Assembly (NCBI GenBank): GCA_964613985.1
Contig: CAZTJD010000002.1
Location: forward strand, 3,664 to 67,663
DNA length: 64,000 nucleotides
Direction of reading: 5' to 3'
From: an uncultured Anaerolineales bacterium
Lineage (GTDB): Bacteria; Chloroflexota; Anaerolineae; Anaerolineales; UBA11858
The notes under the pieces were generated by a model. That model ran no database searches and was not told the DNA's origin. It saw only the letters and a list, made by a program, of their open reading frames with translations. Positions 57,572 to 64,000 of the stretch are shown here, piece by piece. Position 1 is the stretch's first letter, and each line of letters opens with the position of its first letter. The position numbers and the translations under genes are program-made.

Positions 57572-58864
57572 CTAATCTCCTTTTGCCCCATTCATTTCTC
57601 TCTCTGGTGCGATGACAGCGCCGGATGGGATCACGGAGCGCTTTGGAATGACAACGAGTCCATCTCGGATCACCCAATCATCTCCGTCAACGTTTGTACC
57701 TAATGGGAAAGGTTTTATGATCACACCCTCACCGATGCGAGCATTTTTATCGATCAAAGCACCTTGGATGATACTATTCTTGCCAATCCCAATTGGAACA
57801 CCACTCCTTTGCATTTCTTCTTGGGAGTCGTAGTAATCAGCCCCCATCAACACAGTATCGCGAATCACGGCGCCATCCTTAATCTCACTGCGAAGGCCAA
57901 TTATGGCATTTTCTATTTCTGCTTTCCCTACCCTGCAGCCATCAGCAATCATTACATTTTCCAGGGTTGCACCATCAACCTTGGTACCGGGAAGGAATCT
58001 TGGACGAGAATAAATGCGTTTCTCGTAACTGTAGAAATCGAAAGGAGAATCATGAGAAGCCAGTTTTAGGTTAACTTCGTAGAAGGAACGGATGGTGCCG
58101 ATATCCTCCCAATATCCGTCGAAATCGAAGCCACAGACTTTATGGCTTCTGATGGCTTTTGGTATCACTTCACCACCGAAGTCGTCATCGGTAGTGTTTT
58201 CCAGGACTTCGAACAAGGCATCGATATTGAAGAAGTAGATACCCATGGAGCCCAGGTAAGGTCGTTCTTCTTCATCCCGGCTGACAAACTTCTTCAAAAC
58301 TTTTGCATCAGTTGGTTTTTCAACAAAATCGGTGATCAGGTAGCCTTCATCCTGGCGTTTTAAAAGTCCAAAACGTCCTGCATCATCTGGTGAGATAGGC
58401 TGGACAGCAACAGTGATGTCGGCATTTTGTTCCCAATGTTGCCGGGCCATTTCCGAGTAGTCCATCTGGTAGATATGGTCCCCAGCGAGGATGAGTATAT
58501 ATTCAGCGCGGGTGGACTTGATTTCGAAGAGCTGTTTGCGAACAGCGTCGGCGGTCCCCTGGTACCAGGCGTCATCATGCCGTAAGGTTTGCTCAGCAGC
58601 CCAAATTTGCACATAGCCGCGATGGAAGGAATCAAAATTGTAAGTTTGGGTAATATGGCGATGTAGGGATACGGAGTTGAATTGGGTCAGGACAGCAATA
58701 TTATGGATCCCTGAGTTGATACAATTGCTGATGGGAATATCGATCAAGCGGTATTTACCAGCGATCGGTACTGCCGGTTTAGCCCGATCTCGGGTTAGTG
58801 GATAAAGGCGGGTGCCCCGTCCACCACCCATAATTACCCCAAGGATATTACTGATAGACGGCAT
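57572..58864 (-). CDS. glgC: glucose-1-phosphate adenylyltransferase
   Basis: GGGRGTRLYPLT N-terminal motif, FVEKP and a C-terminal left-handed beta-helix repeat region. Confidence 0.9.
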   Translation of the reverse strand: MPSISNILGVIMGGGRGTRLYPLTRDRAKPAVPIAGKYRLIDIPISNCINSGIHNIAVLTQFNSVSLHRHITQTYNFDSFHRGYVQIWAAEQTLRHDDAWYQGTADAVRKQLFEIKSTRAEYILILAGDHIYQMDYSEMARQHWEQNADITVAVQPISPDDAGRFGLLKRQDEGYLITDFVEKPTDAKVLKKFVSRDEEERPYLGSMGIYFFNIDALFEVLENTTDDDFGGEVIPKAIRSHKVCGFDFDGYWEDIGTIRSFYEVNLKLASHDSPFDFYSYEKRIYSRPRFLPGTKVDGATLENVMIADGCRVGKAEIENAIIGLRSEIKDGAVIRDTVLMGADYYDSQEEMQRSGVPIGIGKNSIIQGALIDKNARIGEGVIIKPFPLGTNVDGDDWVIRDGLVVIPKRSVIPSGAVIAPEREMNGAKGD

Positions 58865-58968
58865 GGGATTTCCTCCAATCTGTAATAAGCAGCATGGTTT
58901 TCTATATTATATGATGAATTTTATAAAAACAAGGAAATCTGCTATGGTGAATATATTCCCCCCTCACC

Positions 58969-58999
58969 CTTGCCCCTCTCCTGTCGCGAGAGGGGCAAG
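58969..58999. repeat. 12-bp-stem palindromic element related to the 57470 hairpin
   Basis: CTTGCCCCTCTC-ctgtcgc-GAGAGGGGCAAG. The upstream flank CCCCTCACCC parallels ACCCCTAACC at 57455. Confidence 0.55.
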
Positions 59000-59061
59000 A
59001 ATGTATTTGAACTTAAGGAGGACGTCCTTTGATTTCTTTTACAAAGTGATTATGTTCCTCT

Positions 59062-59466
59062 TTATTTCTTCCTGTTGGGATCAAAATCCAAGGCTGCAGA
59101 GTTGATGCAGTAACGCAATCCTGTCGGCTGGGGACCATCCTTAAAGACATGGCCCAGGTGCGCGTTGCAGCGCTCACAGAGCACCTCGGTACGAACCATA
59201 CCCTGACTCGTGTCCGTTTCGGTGAGGATTTTTGAGTCCTCAGCTGGCTGGTAGAAACTTGGCCAACCACTGCCTGAGTTGTATTTAGCCGTGGAGTTAA
59301 AAAGTACTGCCCCGCACCCTATGCATCGGTAGACACCGTCTTCTTTAAACTCGTTGTATTTCCCTGTGAATGGTTGCTCAGTGCCTTTCTGGCGGGCGAC
59401 ATGATACTGAAGGTCGGTAAGCAGCTGTTTCCATTCTTCGTCGGATTTTTTAAATTTATCGTCCAT
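59062..59466 (-). CDS. msrB: peptide-methionine (R)-S-oxide reductase
   Basis: CxxC...CxxC zinc site (RCIGCG, CERC), GWPSF and the catalytic RYCINS. Confidence 0.9.
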   Translation of the reverse strand: MDDKFKKSDEEWKQLLTDLQYHVARQKGTEQPFTGKYNEFKEDGVYRCIGCGAVLFNSTAKYNSGSGWPSFYQPAEDSKILTETDTSQGMVRTEVLCERCNAHLGHVFKDGPQPTGLRYCINSAALDFDPNRKK

Positions 59467-59853
59467 TTTGATCTCCTGATAGAATCGTTTTTTATTGGGA
59501 TTCTATGGTTTGGTTGATTTTTCTAGATCCATAATATTATATCATTTCTGCCTAAATAGTCCTATTTTTTTGACGATCTTAGGAACCATAAACTTACCTT
59601 TTATCAGTGAATCTTTGTTCTAATTGAGAGATGTCTTCAACAGCTTGGTAAACCCCATCTTCTGTCCGGTTTTCCTTCCCAATAGCGGAATGCTGACCTT
59701 CGCATACCTTTGTTTGTAACTGCCTTTCTTATTGCCTCTGCCGGTTGACGACGGCATGACGTTTTCTCGGTATCCTGTGTCTTCGGGAGTAGAGGAAGTG
59801 GTGGAGTCAGCACCAGAAAAGCCGGGTGATTTTAAATGGACGAACACGGATCT

Positions 59854-60648
59854 CTAAATGTATAAATCGCGTTTGTTGTAAGTCCAATAAGCAATCAGCA
59901 TGCTGGCGATGATAATAACCGCTGAAAGAAGCAGGTATGTACCATCCATCCGGTTGGTGCGGAAGAGTTCACCGGCGTCGTAATATTTAAAGGGAGTGAG
60001 GTATTTAAGAAAATTCAAATCCTGCTGCATACTGGTTAATATGGACAGGAAATAGGTCACCAGGATAATGGATATGGCGACGGAACTGGCACGTTTGTAT
60101 TGCTTCATTGTACAGCCTAACAAGAGTCCAATGGCAAGAAAAATCAGTTCAATCATGAACATCGCCTGCATTTCAAGAGCGAGAAATTTATAGAAAACCT
60201 GGTCAGGGGAGTAGCTTTGCACTGCGATAATGGATACCACCCAGGTTATTAATACGTAAGCGATGCAGTTAATTAAGGCAGCCAGGGCTTTAGCAGTGAT
60301 GACTTTGCTGCGAGATACGGGCAGGACGAGTGAAAATTCCACCGTTTTGTCTCGCTCTTCTTTAGAGATAATATCACTACCCCACATCGCCGCCGCGATA
60401 GCGCCCATTAAACCAAAATAAGTGAACATTATTCCGTAAAAACCACTCAGCGTAGTCAGGTTAAAGGCACGCATGTTAAGGCTCTCCATCAGCGCATCGG
60501 GCATGGAATCCAGGATAGTCAGCATTTCAGGGGTGTCAAAAAAGGCAGAAAATTTGGTTGTACCAATAATGATCAATAGTGTGACGATGACACTCCAGAT
60601 CAGCAGTGATTTAAGGTTGGCTTTTAATTCACGCAAGAAAATATTCAT
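59854..60648 (-). CDS. ABC-2 family transporter permease
   Basis: Six predicted TM segments, last gene of a three-gene ABC operon. Confidence 0.7.
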   Translation of the reverse strand: MNIFLRELKANLKSLLIWSVIVTLLIIIGTTKFSAFFDTPEMLTILDSMPDALMESLNMRAFNLTTLSGFYGIMFTYFGLMGAIAAAMWGSDIISKEERDKTVEFSLVLPVSRSKVITAKALAALINCIAYVLITWVVSIIAVQSYSPDQVFYKFLALEMQAMFMIELIFLAIGLLLGCTMKQYKRASSVAISIILVTYFLSILTSMQQDLNFLKYLTPFKYYDAGELFRTNRMDGTYLLLSAVIIIASMLIAYWTYNKRDLYI

Positions 60649-60660
60649 AGGATTGCCTCT

Positions 60661-61470
60661 TTACACAACAGCTGGAATATCGCGATGGATGTACAGCCAA
60701 TAACTTGCCACCAGGGAAAACAGGGTGATTGATATATTGAGTAGTATTAATGGGAGATCATATCCGACATGCTGAACAATGTAGGTTGGGTTCAGGTGCT
60801 TAAAGGGCGTAATGAACTCCAACACGGAAACGCCTTCCATTTCGCTGAATGCACTGAGCACATACATTCCAAAGCCTAAGCCAAGGGAATAAGGCGTCAC
60901 GCTGCGTACACGTTTAACCAACAAGGAGATGACCAGCCCCACACTCAAGAAAAACAATTGAAAAATCACGATGCTGGACAGCAGTAAGAACAAGGTGCGT
61001 GTTTCGAAATCACGGCCGTTGCGAAAAGCCAGGATGGCTGTAAAGCCACTTATCCACACAACCAGATTGCTGATTGTGAGGCTGGTGAATGCTGCCAGCA
61101 GTTTGCTGTTTAAAATTTGCCCGCGGCTGACCGGTTTACTTATTAGGAAGTCCGCCGTTAGTTCGCTTTCTTCAATTGAGACCAGTCCAAAACCATAGTT
61201 ACCAGCCTGGATTGCCAGACAAACCTGGGCGAAGAGAAAGATGAAACTATAAAATCCCAGTACGGTAGATAAATCTACTCCGTTCATGCCGAAAGCAGAT
61301 AGGAGTTCGGGTGGAAATCTGGCCATCATTTCATTTGCCAGGGCAGCTTCATCAGCAAAAGTTGGAAAGATGGAAAAGAAAACAAGGTTAATCGCTGCCA
61401 GTGCAATCGACCAGGCGATGACTGATTTCAGACGAATGCGGAATTCGTGTCTGTAGATATTTGTTTTCAT
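60661..61470 (-). CDS. ABC-2 family transporter permease
   Basis: A paralogous polytopic protein downstream of the ATPase. Confidence 0.7.
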   Translation of the reverse strand: MKTNIYRHEFRIRLKSVIAWSIALAAINLVFFSIFPTFADEAALANEMMARFPPELLSAFGMNGVDLSTVLGFYSFIFLFAQVCLAIQAGNYGFGLVSIEESELTADFLISKPVSRGQILNSKLLAAFTSLTISNLVVWISGFTAILAFRNGRDFETRTLFLLLSSIVIFQLFFLSVGLVISLLVKRVRSVTPYSLGLGFGMYVLSAFSEMEGVSVLEFITPFKHLNPTYIVQHVGYDLPLILLNISITLFSLVASYWLYIHRDIPAVV

Positions 61471-61482
61471 AGTCTTAACCCG

Positions 61483-62355
61483 TTATTCATAATAGTGCAT
61501 AAAGATTTCTTCTAATGTTGGTTCCTCGATAGTGACATCGACAACATGCAGAGGGTTGATTTTTTGCAGGATGGTATTAATATCACCCTTAAAGAAAAAA
61601 CGCACCGTATTGTTTTCAACCTGTAGATTCGTCACCCCTTGGATATCAAAGGAGGTCAGGTGCAGGTCATCAGCTACGATGCGTACCTTCTTATAATTGT
61701 TTTGCTGCAATGTACGGATATCAGAAATTTCCACGATCCTACCTTCTCGAATGATGCCCACCCGGGTGCATAGTCGTTGTACTTCACTTAAAATATGAGA
61801 GGAGAAGAAGACAGTTACCCCGCGGCTGTTCTCTTTACGGATCAGGTCGAAGACCTTGCGCTGCATGAGTGGATCGAGGCCGCTGGTAGGTTCATCAAGA
61901 AACAGAAGATTGGGTCTATGTAATAACCCCTGGACGATCCCGACCTTCTTCTTGTTGCCGTAGGACAGGTCATCAATGCGCCGATGAAGGTCCAATTCCA
62001 TGTAGTCTGCCAATTCGCGGATACGCTGGTCACAATCGCAATCATAAAAACTGGCAGAATACTTGAGTAAGTTTATCACCTTCATGCCTTCGTAGTAAAA
62101 AACTTCCGAAGGTAAATAGCCAATATTATGACGAATTTCCGGCCCTTGAGTGACCACATCCTTGCCATAGACTTTAGCACTACCTTTGGTTGGATAAATG
62201 AGTGAAAGGAGCAGGCGGATAGTGGTGGATTTCCCAGCGCCATTCGGTCCAATGAAACCGAAGATTTCTCCTTCTTCCACATTAAAAGAAACATCCACGA
62301 TTCCGCGTGCTTTACCGTAAAATTTTGTCAGGTTGGAAACTTCGATAATACTCAT
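61483..62355 (-). CDS. ABC transporter ATP-binding protein
   Basis: Walker A GPNGAGKST, signature LSYGNKKKV and Walker B LFLDEPTSGLD. Confidence 0.9.
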   Translation of the reverse strand: MSIIEVSNLTKFYGKARGIVDVSFNVEEGEIFGFIGPNGAGKSTTIRLLLSLIYPTKGSAKVYGKDVVTQGPEIRHNIGYLPSEVFYYEGMKVINLLKYSASFYDCDCDQRIRELADYMELDLHRRIDDLSYGNKKKVGIVQGLLHRPNLLFLDEPTSGLDPLMQRKVFDLIRKENSRGVTVFFSSHILSEVQRLCTRVGIIREGRIVEISDIRTLQQNNYKKVRIVADDLHLTSFDIQGVTNLQVENNTVRFFFKGDINTILQKINPLHVVDVTIEEPTLEEIFMHYYE

Positions 62356-62747
62356 AAGTACACTCCTTTACCGGATTCAGTGATCGTGTTCTGAAGTTAG
62401 CAGGATAGTCAAAAATGATGTCACCAGGAGATCCGTAAAGACTCAATGGTTTCTGCGGTTCGTAATTGGTTTACAAATGCGTGAAGTCTATCCCCTATGA
62501 ATATTTCTGTCAAATAAGATCACTGGTATTTGCGCAGGTATTCAAGTAATCAATCAGAGTCATAATACGATCTACCAGTTAATTGGATACCAGCATTTTT
62601 TCTAGCTGTACCAATCTCCTTGTTGATCCTTTTTTGTAGTTCATGAAGTTTGAGTGGCTTTATATTGGAAAACTCATCCTATCAGATCAAGGTTAATCCC
62701 TGTGGATTTTGCAACTCAAGCCAAACCAGTTCTCTATTCTCCCTCAG

Positions 62748-62780
62748 ATAAAAGCTGCTCTGGTTCACACCAGAGCAGCT
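62748..62780 (-). terminator. rho-independent terminator after tRNA-Leu
   Basis: An 11-bp stem AGCTGCTCTGG/CCAGAGCAGCT with a 6-nt loop, followed on the minus strand by TTTTAT. Confidence 0.7.
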
Positions 62781-62793
62781 TCAGCATTGTCTG

Positions 62794-62876
<83 letters not shown>

Positions 62877-63200
62877 AACTACAGAAACTTGAAGTGAACC
62901 AATTTTAACGAAATCCTCTTCTCTGTCAAGAAGCTCATTATGTTTTTCCTATAAAAGACCTTTTTTCAGTTTCGTAGTATAATCTACTGGGGTAGAGCCT
63001 GGGAAATTTCTTTTTAGAAGAAAATTTAGGAATACGCTATCAAAATGGGTTTAAATAACTTTCTAAAGATGGATAAACCTTAGTTACCTTATCAGTAACT
63101 GTCCCGACTCGGAAACCCTTCTTTTTCTAATATGTTGTGGCATGAATCGATATAATACTATATGCCCATCCATTAGACCAACTTATTTAAGGAGATCGAT

Positions 63201-63398
63201 ATGGCTTACAGTCACACAAATTCAAAGGGGAATACCTATTACCTGCATTCGAAGATCACGGTGTTAAAGAATGGTCGCGAGCAAAGGCTATATTATTTTG
63301 CAAAAACCATAAAGGATGGAGCACTGAATGCTGTTCCCGCCGGGTACATCGTGTCAGAATCGAAGAATGGGCTACCTGTACTCAAGAAGGCTGGATAA
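63201..63398 (+). CDS. hypothetical small protein
   Basis: AAGGAG RBS 7 nt upstream of the ATG, 65 aa. Confidence 0.5.
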   Translation: MAYSHTNSKGNTYYLHSKITVLKNGREQRLYYFAKTIKDGALNAVPAGYIVSESKNGLPVLKKAG

Positions 63399-63592
63399 AC
63401 ACGGTTGAGGAAGGTAAGGGGAGTTTAGATATTTTGGGAATTTAAACCACAGGAAAGAAAAACATGATGCCTCCTGGTAGGGGGCACCATATTATTTAAG
63501 CTGAAGTTTGTGGAGTAGAAGATTGAGTAAATGTTTCGGTTTTGTTGTGGTAATATAGGAATCCGATGTGTTCAGAAATAACGGATAGAATT

Positions 63593-64000
63593 ATGCCGTC
63601 AATTTACCCATTTACAGCCATTGTCGGTCAGGAACGCATGAAGCGAGCCCTGGTATTAAACGCCGTCGACCCCCGAATCGGTGGGGTTTTGATCCGTGGA
63701 GAGCGTGGTACAGCTAAGTCGACTGCAGCTAGAGCGCTTGCTGCTTTACTGCCAAATGTAAAGGTCATTCGCAACTGTCGTTTCGGGTGCGACCCTGATC
63801 GGCCACATACCTGGTGTACAGAATGCCGCGAACGCAATGTCTCTGACTTCAATCTTCGTCCTACCCCTTTTGTTAACTTGCCGGTTTCTGCCACAGAAGA
63901 TCGTGTCGTGGGTACACTGGATATCGAGATAGCCATCCAGAAAGGGGAACGTCATTTTGAACCGGGCGTGCTGGCAGCTGCAAATCGTGGTTTACTATAT
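63593..64000 (+). CDS. magnesium-chelatase subunit I (BchI/ChlI-type AAA+ ATPase), 3' end outside window
   Basis: [40 protein letters not shown] (Walker A context) and a Cys-rich insert CRFGCDPD...CTEC. The frame is open to the window end. An alternative ATG is at 63566. Confidence 0.8.
   Translation, partial: MPSIYPFTAIVGQERMKRALVLNAVDPRIGGVLIRGERGTAKSTAARALAALLPNVKVIRNCRFGCDPDRPHTWCTECRERNVSDFNLRPTPFVNLPVSATEDRVVGTLDIEIAIQKGERHFEPGVLAAANRGLLY

Noticed and set aside
59620-59847. A 75-aa basic ORF (GTG start) 6 nt downstream of the ABC-2 permease gene
   Set aside because: It has no RBS, a low-complexity S/T/G/K-rich sequence and no recognisable motif. It could be real, but I cannot support it from sequence alone.
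62400-62700. Short minus-strand frames upstream of the ABC operon that vaguely resemble an XRE-type HTH (…LQKRINKEIGTARKNAGIQLTGRS…)
   Set aside because: The frame has no start codon, is interrupted after about 40 codons and the similarity is weak. That is not enough to call a regulator or pseudogene.
63628-63955. Minus-strand ORFs 63628..63936 and 63746..63955
   Set aside because: They are antisense to the strongly recognisable BchI/ChlI-type AAA+ reading frame, which runs off the window end. They are shadow ORFs.

Overview
The window is a gene-dense bacterial chromosomal segment of mostly single-copy housekeeping and envelope genes. I saw no CRISPR array, transposase, integrase or phage genes. 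Gene content and protein style suggest a Chloroflexota/Anaerolineae-like organism, which is inference only. The cues are lipoprotein solute-binding proteins on long stalks, a DnaE with a long C-terminal extension, and many intramembrane proteases.

From left to right the window contains:
- 1-11.5 kb: MBL hydrolase (partial), mutY, M19 dipeptidase, an M16 peptidase pair, acpS, a penicillin-acylase family protein and a D-hydantoinase.
- 12-21 kb: a sugar uptake and catabolism cluster. It has a solute-binding protein (SBP), two permeases, two Gfo/Idh/MocA oxidoreductases, an interrupted URO-D-like gene and a GH4 glycosidase.
- 21.3-24.3 kb: rhomboid, gmk, an FmdB zinc ribbon protein, rnhA and a tRNA-Phe/Gly/Cys operon.
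- 24.3-31.1 kb: an envelope proteostasis/redox stretch.
- 31.5-41.9 kb: dnaE, ldh, photolyase, a methyltransferase, a lipoprotein and an S10 carboxypeptidase.
- 42-47.7 kb: a minus-strand membrane module. It has GntR, SPFH, DUF4177, YhfC, ABC ATPase, ABC-2 permease and an Ig/zinc-ribbon protein.
- 48-53 kb: miscellaneous enzymes.
- 53.3-53.8 kb: an AT-rich DnaA-box cluster.
- 53.8-64 kb: ArsR plus MFS genes (one decayed paralog), OsmC, glgC, msrB, a second ABC-2 exporter, tRNA-Leu and a partial bchI/chlI-like ATPase.

The most interesting signals are in-frame TGA codons. Two of them sit exactly on the first Cys of a CxxC redox motif, and each is followed 16-21 nt later by a GC-rich hairpin with GU in the loop. 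One is in a DsbA-like/cyclophilin fusion lipoprotein and the other in a Prx-like protein. I therefore predict two selenocysteine proteins that the ORF track splits or truncates. A third in-frame TGA interrupts the URO-D-like gene and is ambiguous.

Start codons below were refined from the ORF track using RBS and start context. They are less certain than stop coordinates.
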